From: Crocosphaera subtropica ATCC 51142
Lineage (GTDB): Bacteria > Cyanobacteriota > Cyanobacteriia > Cyanobacteriales > Microcystaceae
Assembly: GCF_000017845.1 (NCBI RefSeq)
Contig: NC_010546.1
Location: forward strand, 3,120,001 to 3,152,000
Reading direction: 5' to 3'
Length of the DNA: 32,000 nt
Shown here: positions 10,601 to 17,271 of the stretch, one piece after another
Layout of the letters: every line of letters starts with the position of its first letter
Numbering within the stretch: the first letter of the stretch is position 1
Made by a program: the position numbers and the translations under genes
The notes under the pieces: model-generated
Seen by the model: the letters and a program-made list of their open reading frames with translations, nothing else
What the model was told of the DNA's origin: nothing
Databases searched by the model: none

Positions 10601-12370
10601 ATTAATATCAATCAAATATTTCACACTTTCCGAATTCCGAACTCCGCTGCGAAGCAGGACGAAGTCGCCCTCTGAACCCTTGATTAAATAATCAATTCCT
10701 GAATCTTTGATCATAAAATCGAGACGTTGTTCAGGATAGTTGGGGTCTAGGGGTAAATAGGCTCCTCCTGCTTTTAGAATGGCGAGTAAACTAATCACCA
10801 TGTCTAAAGAAGGGTCTAAACATATCCCTACTAAGGTTTCTGGTTTGACTCCTAAACGTTGTAAATAATGAGCCAGTTGATTGGCTTTTTGATTTAATTG
10901 TTGATAGGTTAATGATTCATTGTTAAAAATAACAGCAATTTTATTCGGACTCTTCTTGACTTGTGTTTCAAATAGTTGATGTATGTAAATCTCCCTGCTC
11001 CCTGCTCCCTGCTCCCTTCTGCCTTGTATAAATAACTCTTTTTGTTCAGAATTTGTTAATAAAGAAACTTGCCACGACTGTTGCTCAGGGTTTTGAGCAA
11101 TACTGGTTAATACAGTTTCAAAATGCTTAATTAAACGCTCAATACTACTGCAAGAAAAACGATATTTATCATAACTAATTCGGAAAGCTAGAGGCGATCC
11201 TGGAAGTACAGAAAGGGTTACGGGATAATTAGTTTTTTCAACGCCATAGCCGTCACTAATAGTTAACTGATCACTCCACCCCTGCAACGCTTTATCAAGG
11301 GAAATTGGATAATTTTCAAAGATAACTAAACTCTCAAATAAGGGGGTTCCTCTGGGAACGTCACTCCACCCCTGAATCTCAATTAAGGAACTATAACTAT
11401 ATTGTTCTTTTTCAATTTGTTGTGCTTGTAAATCTTGTAACCAAGACAGTAAAACTGCGTCAGGTTTAACTTCAACTCTGACAGGAAGGGTATTAATAAA
11501 TAACCCTACCATTGACTCAACATCGGTCAAGGAAGGGGGACGACCCGAAACCGTTGCCCCAAAAATAATATCAGACTCTCCACTATAACGACTTAATAAT
11601 AAAGCCCAGGCCCCTTGAAATAGGGTATTAAGGGTTAAACGATGTTTTTGAATGATGCTTTGTAGCGATGCCGTTAAAGAGGCTGATAGTTGATAGTGTT
11701 GTTCGTCCCGTTCTTCTGAAAAAGAATTATTACCAATTCCTAAAACTGTGGGTGAAATTAATCCTTTGAGGGTATTGCGCCAAAATGCTGCTGCTTGCTC
11801 TCGATCTTGTTGTTGTAACCAAGCAATATAATCTCGATAAGGACGAGACGGCTTTAAAAATAAATTTTGTCCTTGACGAAAGGCTTCATAAAAAGCAAAT
11901 ACTTCTTTCAATAAAATGCCATTACACCAACCATCTAACAGTAAATGATGATAGTTCCAGACAAAATAATAAGCATCTTCTTCTACCCGCATTAACCCGC
12001 AACGCATCAGAGGCGAATGGTTGAGGTCAAACCCCTGTTGTTGTTCTGCTACTAAAAAAGTGGCTAATTTTTGTTGTTGTTCGGCCTTAGTTAACCCACG
12101 CCAATCATCCTCTATCCAAGGCAATTCTACCCTTTGATAAACCACTTGTAAGGGTTTTTCTAATTCTTCCCAATAAAATGCTGTTCTAAGAATAGTATGG
12201 CGATCAATGACTGCTTGCCACGCTTGTTTAAAAGCGGATACCGCAAGATTCCCACTGAGTAAACAACTTCGTTGCTCACAATACATTCCTGATGTGGAAT
12301 TATACAATGAGTGAAACAACATTCCCTGTTGCATGGGAGAAAGTTCGTAAATATCAGTAATTGTTTCCAT
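4694..12370 (-). CDS. Bimodular NRPS, C-A-T-C-A-T-E (2558 aa).
   Basis: C1 HHLLLDGW (~11929-11956). A1 core AYIIYTSGSTGIPKG (~10487-10525), YGPTETT, YKTGDL, LPLTPNGKIDR. T1 FFELGGHSLL (~9381-9406). C2 LSFAQQRQWFL and HHIVSDGWS (~8790-8830). A2 AYVMYTSGSTGIPKG (~7376-7410), YGPTENT, PLTPNGKVDR. T2 FFGLGGDSIL (~6221-6245, the GGDS form usual before E domains). E domain HHLAVDGVSWRIL (~5652-5678). The N-terminus METITDIYELSPMQQGMLFH resembles C domains that accept from an E-terminated partner in trans. Confidence 0.95.
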   Translation of the reverse strand: METITDIYELSPMQQGMLFHSLYNSTSGMYCEQRSCLLSGNLAVSAFKQAWQAVIDRHTILRTAFYWEELEKPLQVVYQRVELPWIEDDWRGLTKAEQQQKLATFLVAEQQQGFDLNHSPLMRCGLMRVEEDAYYFVWNYHHLLLDGWCNGILLKEVFAFYEAFRQGQNLFLKPSRPYRDYIAWLQQQDREQAAAFWRNTLKGLISPTVLGIGNNSFSEERDEQHYQLSASLTASLQSIIQKHRLTLNTLFQGAWALLLSRYSGESDIIFGATVSGRPPSLTDVESMVGLFINTLPVRVEVKPDAVLLSWLQDLQAQQIEKEQYSYSSLIEIQGWSDVPRGTPLFESLVIFENYPISLDKALQGWSDQLTISDGYGVEKTNYPVTLSVLPGSPLAFRISYDKYRFSCSSIERLIKHFETVLTSIAQNPEQQSWQVSLLTNSEQKELFIQGRREQGAGSREIYIHQLFETQVKKSPNKIAVIFNNESLTYQQLNQKANQLAHYLQRLGVKPETLVGICLDPSLDMVISLLAILKAGGAYLPLDPNYPEQRLDFMIKDSGIDYLIKGSEGDFVLLRSGVRNSESVKYLIDINKVQGEINQEKKTNLDVDINLDNLAYIIYTSGSTGIPKGVQIPHRALSNFLVSMSEKPGLTDDDTLLSVTTLSFDIAALELYLPLIVGAKLVLVPRTVAQDGVTLGQQLESHQVTVMQGTPATWKLLLASGWEGKKDLTIFCGGEALDPSLGQHLQQKSRAVWNLYGPTETTIWSSVYQVTSDKVRLGKPINNTQFYVLDKDYNQVPIGVPGELYIGGMGVARGYLNRPKLTAERFMAIPSTPLERGGKAGSRLYKTGDLVKYGEDGEIEYLGRTDYQLKLRGFRLELGEIETILLTHPQVKEAVVIVKEESLIAYIVSTHTPPLKDFLAEKLPSYMIPSRFIELDSLPLTPNGKIDRNALPEIELNHKDYIAPKTATEEILAGIWANILNLNQVSVEDNFFELGGHSLLATRVMSQVRQVFERELPLRVLFEKPTIRSLSNAIDGEGKQEILSFQKIDRHGELPLSFAQQRQWFLSQLEPNSPFYNIAIALRLHGCFNIVALTRSFQKVIDRHEVLRTRFLTQEGKPYLTIAETTDLSIPLIDLSLIPLEKQEKIVTQLTQKEAQQPFNLEYCPLLRVKLLRLAEQEHILLLTMHHIVSDGWSMGILVQEIATLYRAFCEEQPSPLEALPFQYVEFAAWQRKWLQGEILDTQLAYWQQQLKDAPTLLELPCDYPRPPVQNFHGSTSSFTLSQPLAQHLQRLCHQAGTTLFMLLLSAFSVLLHRYSNSEDIIIGSPIANRNYREIEGLIGFFVNTLALRINLSGNPTFLDLLQQVRQVALGAYSHQDLPFERLLEALEVPRSLSHTPLFQVMFVLENTPLDPIELPGLQWEPLEMDNHTAKFDLTLTMRETEEGLRGRWEYNTDLFEQETIIRLGKCFETLLDSIVADAEQPISELSLLNEAERQLSLGRVESGGSVEGSIHELFEVQVKNNPNAIALIYETQQLTYQELDIKANQLAHYLQRFGVKPDTLIGLCVERSLSMIIAILAILKAGGAYVPIDPNAPSERIDFLLEDTQINLLLTQRNIDHQWPNTVTVIDLDEKAIAQESPTLPVTDTTSEHLAYVMYTSGSTGIPKGVCIPHRGVIRLVKNSNYVDIREDDVFLQAAPYTFDASTFEIWGALLNGGRLVILPSPTPSLEELGEAIENYGVTTLWLTAGLFHLMVEEKLESFKNVRYLLAGGDVLFPDHVKTVLRTYPHCCVINGYGPTENTTFTCCAVLTDVEQIGHSVPIGRPISQTQVYILDPYLHPVPFGVPGELYIGGGGLARGYLNRPELTAERFIPIPPTPITKGGGKQGERLYKTGDLGRYDRKGNIEFLGRKDNQVKIRGFRIELGEIEAILSQYPKVQSAIAVVKATPQGNKQLIAYVVPKMGEILIIQELKTFLTQKLPDYLHPNHYMILEAFPLTPNGKVDRRSLPQPILSTSTTEAPRNAIETQLVKIWQDVLNLEKVGIEDNFFGLGGDSILAIQIVSRASRQGLKLSPKQLFQHQTIAQLAAVVTSIDSSVGEQGLVTGSLPLNPIQHWFFGQNLAEMAHFNQSAFLEVSQTLNIAQLQTVFAHLIRHHDALRLRFNPTETGWEAMIRDAEDQVPLTHIDLSGLSDEVQEKAIAATANQLQGSLNLSSGPLLRIAVFDLGNSRSNQLLIIIHHLAVDGVSWRILLEDLQTAYQQLAQNQPIELPLKTTSVKTWAKQVQTYLIEGEKDYYWQQVVSKTPVALPVDYPGGKNTVATTEQITVTLDEENTQTLLKTVPKAYDTQINEVLLTALVETLVQWTGQRSLLINLESHGREDIWENINLSRTVGWFTSLFPVFLDVEGSDSLLDALKAVKGQLGSIPHQGIGYGVMRYLYNHQEIQSLAEISFNYLGQFDALLSDNSQFCLSPYDAGLHHHPNQPRPHLLEINGLVMRGQLQFTWSYSNQLHKSSTIEAIAQGFINILERLINDCQDEPLSDISLTDLDQDTLKQVLGMVDFEG
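10627..10647. repeat. Heptamer tandem repeat (TTCCGAA TTCCGAA CTCCGCT) inside the NRPS coding sequence.
   Basis: The 7-nt periodicity can be read directly. The coding-strand form ..GGAGTTCGGAATTCGGAA.. encodes SGVRNSE. The same NNTCGGA heptad family occurs in intergenic DNA at 23595..23631. Confidence 0.7.
10993..11020. repeat. Heptamer tandem repeat (CTCCCTG x3 plus a degenerate 4th unit; GGGAGCA on the coding strand) inside the NRPS C1-A1 linker.
   Basis: Three perfect units at 10993..11013, then CTCCCTT. Encodes ..QGRREQGAGSREIY... The sequence matches the purine-rich core of the dispersed intergenic repeat. Confidence 0.85.
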
Positions 12371-12473
12371 CTTTAAAATTAACTATTGTCAGAAATGTCA
12401 ATAAGCCGTAAGCCCTACCCTCTCTGCCCCCTCTGCCTAACCTAAAAAGTAACATTTATTTTTATTCAGGCAC

Positions 12474-13370
12474 TTAAACTGCCCCAACCGTCTCCAAACT
12501 GGTTGGTTTCGATGCCAAGGCTGAAAAGTAAACATCATTTAACTCTGGTTCAACCCCTTGAAACCCATTATTAGGAGATGAGTCGCTGAGCATACGGACA
12601 TATCTTTGTCCCTGTAACATTCGAGAGGTGATCACCGTCCAATTTTTATCGGCTTCTGCTGCTTCAGCTTGACTCATAACTTTCATCCATACTTTGCCCT
12701 GAAGTTGCTGTGTTAACCCCAGAGGACTTCCCTGAGTAATAATTTTTCCTCGGTTTAGAATCGCCATTTGTGGACAAAGCCCGGCCACATCTTCCACAAT
12801 ATGAGTCGATAGAATTAACACCCGATCTTGACTAATTTCTGCTAATAAGTTCTGAAAACGAATCCGTTCAGTGGGGTCAAGGCCAGCCATTGGTTCATCC
12901 ACAATCACCAGTTTTGGCTTTCCCAGTAAAGCCTGAGCAATACCAAACCGTTGACGCATTCCCCCTGAAAATGTCCCTAATTTCTGTTTTCGTTGTTCAT
13001 ACAGATTCACCAGTTGCAACTGATGAGCGACCATTTCTCGCCGTTGACGGGACTGGACAAAGCCTTTAAATACGGCCAGTAAATCTAGCAACTCTTCAGC
13101 AGAAACATTAGGGTAAACTCCAAAGTCTTGAGGGAGATAACCTAACCAACGGCGTGCGGTCTGGGGATTTTGAAAAATATCAACCCCGTCTAATTCAACT
13201 GACCCAGAATCTGCATCTTGTAAGGTTGCCAGGGTACGCATTAAAGTGGATTTTCCGGCTCCATTGGGTCCTAATAACCCAAAAATCCCACAATCAATGG
13301 TTAACGAGATCTCGTGTAAGGCTTGAATGCCATTTTGATAGGTTTTATTTAATTCTTTAATCGTTAACAT
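12474..13370 (-). CDS. ABC transporter ATP-binding protein (ABC-2/DrrA-CcmA-like, with a C-terminal extension).
   Basis: Walker A GPNGAGKST, Q-loop LPQD, signature FSGGMRQR, Walker B LVIVDEPMAGLD, H-loop STHIVED. About 80 aa of extra C-terminal sequence. Confidence 0.9.
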   Translation of the reverse strand: MLTIKELNKTYQNGIQALHEISLTIDCGIFGLLGPNGAGKSTLMRTLATLQDADSGSVELDGVDIFQNPQTARRWLGYLPQDFGVYPNVSAEELLDLLAVFKGFVQSRQRREMVAHQLQLVNLYEQRKQKLGTFSGGMRQRFGIAQALLGKPKLVIVDEPMAGLDPTERIRFQNLLAEISQDRVLILSTHIVEDVAGLCPQMAILNRGKIITQGSPLGLTQQLQGKVWMKVMSQAEAAEADKNWTVITSRMLQGQRYVRMLSDSSPNNGFQGVEPELNDVYFSALASKPTSLETVGAV

Positions 13371-13389
13371 AGACCATACTTAAATTAGG

Positions 13390-14607
13390 TTAATTTCGTT
13401 TCAAGGCAACAATTGGCTCTAAGGCTGCCGCTTGTTTGGCAGGAAACACCCCAAAAAATAGCCCAATGCCACTAGATGTTCCCACAGCGATAATAATGGC
13501 TAAAGGCGATAAATTAGGGGATAAGGGAGAAGCGATGCCAATCAAAGTAATCACACCGCCACCGAGGAAAATTCCGAAGCAACCGCCGACAATCGAGAGA
13601 ATTAACGCTTCAATCAAAAATTGTTGCAAAATATCTCGCTCACTCGCTCCGATCGCTTTACGCAGTCCGATTTCTTGGGTTCGTTCTGTAATGGAGACTA
13701 ACATAATATTCATAATCCCAATACCACCAACCAGCAAAGAAATACCAGCAATCAGAGACAGCATTAAAATAAGTCCTGTGGTAATTTGATCGACGATTTG
13801 TAAAATATCCTTTTGGGTTTCGACATTAAAATCATCTTCCCCCGTAATATTATGCCGTAGTCTGAGCAGATTTTCGATCTGAAATTGGGCTGCCTTAATA
13901 CTATTAGGATCTCTAGCTGAGACAGCAATAAAGGTTACTTGAGTCCCGTAGGGAGAGGTTCGACCGACCAGTTGATTAGCCATGGTGGTTAAGGGAACAT
14001 AAGCAACAAGGTCTTGATTGGTATTGAGAAAAGACCCTTTTGGTTTCATAATGCCAATGACTTCAAAACTCTCTTGTTTAATACGAATTTGTTTTCCGAT
14101 GGCATTTTCTTCTTTAAACAGTCGTTCTTTCAAATCAGGGCCTAAAACGACCACACGGCTATTGCGTTGTAGATCAGGTTCAGAAAAAAATCGTCCTTGA
14201 GCAATTTCATAGTTTCTAACGGTCAAAAAGTCGGGGGTTACGCCAAACACTAACTCCACAGCATTACGACCACGATAGCTAATTAAATCTCGTAGATTAA
14301 GCTGAGGAGCAACCTTAGCCACCGCCGGCACTTGAGAGGCGATCGCTTGAGCATCGGATAAAACTAGGGTTTTGGGTGGTTCTATACTCATATTCCGAGT
14401 GTCTTTAGCACCAGGATTAACAAACAGTACATTGGGGCCTAAGGAATTTAACTGTTCTAAAGCCAATTTTTGACCTGCCTGACCCACTCCTACAATAGAA
14501 ATCACTGAAGCACTACCAATAATAATCCCTAACATGGTTAGTCCACTGCGTTGTTTATTGAGTAGCAAGGTAGCTACAGCCATATTTAATGTTTCTAAGA
14601 TATTCAT
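13390..14607 (-). CDS. MacB/DevC-type ABC permease (MacB periplasmic core domain plus FtsX domain).
   Basis: 405 aa. N-terminal TM (LTMLGIIIGSASVISIV), a large extracytoplasmic domain, and a C-terminal FtsX-type 3-TM bundle with ITERTQEIGLRKAIGA and LEPIVALKRN. The start overlaps the upstream stop as ATGA (14604-14607). Confidence 0.9.
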   Translation of the reverse strand: MNILETLNMAVATLLLNKQRSGLTMLGIIIGSASVISIVGVGQAGQKLALEQLNSLGPNVLFVNPGAKDTRNMSIEPPKTLVLSDAQAIASQVPAVAKVAPQLNLRDLISYRGRNAVELVFGVTPDFLTVRNYEIAQGRFFSEPDLQRNSRVVVLGPDLKERLFKEENAIGKQIRIKQESFEVIGIMKPKGSFLNTNQDLVAYVPLTTMANQLVGRTSPYGTQVTFIAVSARDPNSIKAAQFQIENLLRLRHNITGEDDFNVETQKDILQIVDQITTGLILMLSLIAGISLLVGGIGIMNIMLVSITERTQEIGLRKAIGASERDILQQFLIEALILSIVGGCFGIFLGGGVITLIGIASPLSPNLSPLAIIIAVGTSSGIGLFFGVFPAKQAAALEPIVALKRN

Positions 14608-17048
14608 ACTACAAAATCGATGTCAACAATCATGTCATTGAAATCGTGATCCCCTGCGTTAAAAAATTCTTCAAACCCAAGGGTATTACTATCAATACCA
14701 ATAATATGATCAACTTGATCGGGGTTAGCTTGTCGATAATCGAAGTAAGCAATAGGTCCTAAAATGGGATTGTTATTGATATTGTCAGTGAGAAACTCAT
14801 CGACGGTTCCATCGGCAATCATGAAGGGAGCTAAAATTTTTCGACGATTAGCTGATAAGGTTACTGAATCACTACCACTCCCTTGGACTCCTGCCACTCT
14901 TCGCCGAATGGCGGCCGCTGCATAACCGGGCTCTCCTGGCTGTATGCCGTCAACTTGACCAGTTTCATCGTCTACTTCATAAAAGCCCACAAAGTTATCA
15001 TAAACTGCATCAGCGTTCACGGTAAATTGAACCACGATGTCCTCATCAACTATCCCATCTCCATTAACATCAGCATTACGCAAATCCAAAATCTCTCGCT
15101 GGACACTATCATTTAAGGCGGAGTTTCGAGGAGATGGCTCCTCTGTTATTTCAATACCTAAGATGATATCATCAAAATTTTCTCCATTCTCCCCAGAAAG
15201 CTCAAAATTCAGTTGCAACGGCTCATTAATGTTTCCTGAAGAGGTTCGCACTGGATTGAATCCATTATTAGCCAAGGGTGACGCAAACACAACTTGACTG
15301 TCTGGAGCTTTTTGACTGTTGAGAGTAATTCCACTGAGAATCCCTTCTGTGGTGTTATTTAAAACTGCGTAAAAAGAAATCCTCTGACTACCTGAGAAGT
15401 CTGATAAAATTTGACTGGGATTGGGAAAAACATTGTTAGGTAACTGAGCAAACAGTGGTCTTCCTCGGTTTAAAGCTTCTGTTTGATAATTTTCATCCCC
15501 TGGTTTAACATCAATGATCCCATCCCCATCGGTATCCAACCCTCCCTGATCGTCGTCAACCTCAAATATACCGACTTCAACGGCTCTGGCTAAACTTCCC
15601 CCTAAAAGACGAAACTTAGCATTACTGTTTTGTAAGGGAGAGCCAAGAAACTGCACAATATTGGTTTGCTGATCAAAGCTGAGGGGCAATGTGGAAGCAT
15701 CGGCAAGGGAAAATGTGGCTTGGTTAGTGGCTAAATCAGTAGTATAACCGTCTCCTGGTTCCACCCTAAAACTGACCGTTTCTAAACCTTCTGGGACTCC
15801 ATCGTCAAGAATGGGCAAATCAAGGGTTGCTGTTGTTTCAGTTACGGTGAAAGTAAATCCACTGAGATCCTCATCAACAATGAGAGAATGACCCCCTCTA
15901 ATGCTGGTCTGCTCAAGGTTAAAGTCTGCCAGGCCATTAACCCTATCAGTTCTGACAAACACCGTTAATCCTTCCTTTGGAGGATCTTCAGTCAGGGTTA
16001 AGGTTAGGCTGGCACGGGTTTGCTCGGTTTCAATCAGTAATTCTGGACTACCACTCAATTGAACAATTTGTCCATCGATTTCTCCAGAAGGTGGGGGTGT
16101 TCCAGGGTCCGTTGGAGGTGTTCCAGGGTCCGATTCAGAGATATCGTTAGGGGTATCAGCAAAAGTAACTGTAACAGAACCCCCATTGGGAGCTATGGTA
16201 TAGCCAGACCCCGGTACTAGAGAATAGGTCACATCAAAGGCCCCTTCCCTAATGCCATCAGCAAAAATCGGAGAACTGACACTGGCTACCTGTTCACGAA
16301 TGGTAAAATCAAATCCCGTATTGTCGAAATCAGGAACTGGAAAATCGCCCCCAGATACAGTTACGTTAAAAACATCGATTTGATTTAGGCTTTGAGCCAC
16401 ATTCCCTCTCAGGGTGACTGTTACGCCATTAGCCGGGGGAGGTTCACTGAGTCTAAACCGAAAGACTAGCTGCGTTCCTTGAGATTCAATGAGGGTAGTA
16501 GTCGGAATTTCCAAGCGAACGGTTGGGTCGAAGATTCCGTTATAGGAGTGTTGAACCACTGGAGACAGGACTAACTCATCGACAATTTCTCCAAGGTGAT
16601 AGTTTAAAGACCAATCTCCTCCTTTTTGGGGGTTGCCCACAGGGTTCACTGACGCTGTTAAGGATGTTCTCGTTAGTTGGTGCCAACGGCTCAAAAATTG
16701 TTTTCCGATGGTTCCTGCTGCTACCCGACAGCCATAGAGCGCGACGGAGGTGATCGTTTTTCCCCATTGTTTGAGAGAGAGCGCATGGTCTTCTAAAGAG
16801 GCTAAATTTAGTTGCTGACGGCCAAGATACAAACAGCCAGGAATACCGTGACAGATCAGGTGTAGACTGGTAATACTGGGTTGCTCATTTAACCGTTGGG
16901 TAATCTGTTCAATACTGTCTTGTTGGGGATCAATGACCAGTACCGATGTTGCCTCGGTTACGCCTCTTATGAGTTGTTGGGGGGAGTCCACACCGGGATC
17001 AATAACCGCTAACTTTGTTGGCTCTCCTTTTGAATGATAGTGATTCAT
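14604..17048 (-). CDS. Large DUF4347 / 2x Calx-beta-like / 2x DUF4114 protein with no signal peptide.
   Basis: N-terminal domain: LAVIDPGVDS...SLHLICHGIPGCLYLG...ALYGCRVAAGTIGKQFL...GGDWSLNYHLG (DUF4347 pattern). Two ~110-aa beta-sandwich-like repeats ending in DDGVPEG/ADGIREG (Calx-beta-like). DxDxDG-type loops (DTDGDGIIDV, DVNGDGIVDED). C-terminal FNAGDHDFNDMIVDIDF (DUF4114 pattern). I prefer the MNHYHSKG start at 17048, which has GAGGA about 14 nt upstream. The track start at 17078 would run into the repeat. Confidence 0.8.
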   Translation of the reverse strand: MNHYHSKGEPTKLAVIDPGVDSPQQLIRGVTEATSVLVIDPQQDSIEQITQRLNEQPSITSLHLICHGIPGCLYLGRQQLNLASLEDHALSLKQWGKTITSVALYGCRVAAGTIGKQFLSRWHQLTRTSLTASVNPVGNPQKGGDWSLNYHLGEIVDELVLSPVVQHSYNGIFDPTVRLEIPTTTLIESQGTQLVFRFRLSEPPPANGVTVTLRGNVAQSLNQIDVFNVTVSGGDFPVPDFDNTGFDFTIREQVASVSSPIFADGIREGAFDVTYSLVPGSGYTIAPNGGSVTVTFADTPNDISESDPGTPPTDPGTPPPSGEIDGQIVQLSGSPELLIETEQTRASLTLTLTEDPPKEGLTVFVRTDRVNGLADFNLEQTSIRGGHSLIVDEDLSGFTFTVTETTATLDLPILDDGVPEGLETVSFRVEPGDGYTTDLATNQATFSLADASTLPLSFDQQTNIVQFLGSPLQNSNAKFRLLGGSLARAVEVGIFEVDDDQGGLDTDGDGIIDVKPGDENYQTEALNRGRPLFAQLPNNVFPNPSQILSDFSGSQRISFYAVLNNTTEGILSGITLNSQKAPDSQVVFASPLANNGFNPVRTSSGNINEPLQLNFELSGENGENFDDIILGIEITEEPSPRNSALNDSVQREILDLRNADVNGDGIVDEDIVVQFTVNADAVYDNFVGFYEVDDETGQVDGIQPGEPGYAAAAIRRRVAGVQGSGSDSVTLSANRRKILAPFMIADGTVDEFLTDNINNNPILGPIAYFDYRQANPDQVDHIIGIDSNTLGFEEFFNAGDHDFNDMIVDIDFVV
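16096..16137. repeat. 21-bp tandem duplication (x2) in the linker of the DUF4347 protein.
   Basis: ggtgttccagggtccgttgga / ggtgttccagggtccgattca, encoding DPGTPPT-DPGTPPP. Confidence 0.85.
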
Positions 17049-17077
17049 AGATAATTTTGTTTCCTCACATAAATCCA

Positions 17078-17190
17078 CTTAATGACTCATCATCAAAATT
17101 ATGACGGCAAACCCCTGCTTCCTCTGTTCCCCCTGCTTACCCTACAAGTCATAGTATTCAAAGAGATTTCATATCATATCCCATATCAGT
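17078..17190 (-). repeat. Dispersed ~100-bp intergenic repeat, copy B (inverted relative to copy A).
   Basis: The reverse complement aligns with 1364..1466 (see copy A). It lies 30 nt upstream of the preferred start of the DUF4347 gene. The 17-codon ORF MTANPCFLCSPCLPYKS here and the MTANPSSS... ORF in copy A diverge by frame-breaking indels, so the element is non-coding. Confidence 0.8.
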
Positions 17191-17271
17191 TATTCACCCT
17201 GTTTCAATGTAGGGAATTGGATTATTCATTAATTGATAATTTTTAGCAATTGAGGTTTGCTTCCCCTAATC

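Noticed and set aside
12396-12401. A TTGACA (minus strand) upstream of the bimodular NRPS start as a -35 box. Similar TTGACA hexamers lie upstream of exbB and at 29399-29404.
   Set aside because: No acceptable -10 hexamer lies at 16-18 nt spacing in any of the three cases. For the NRPS, the resulting transcription start would fall at or beyond the start codon. I left these uncalled.
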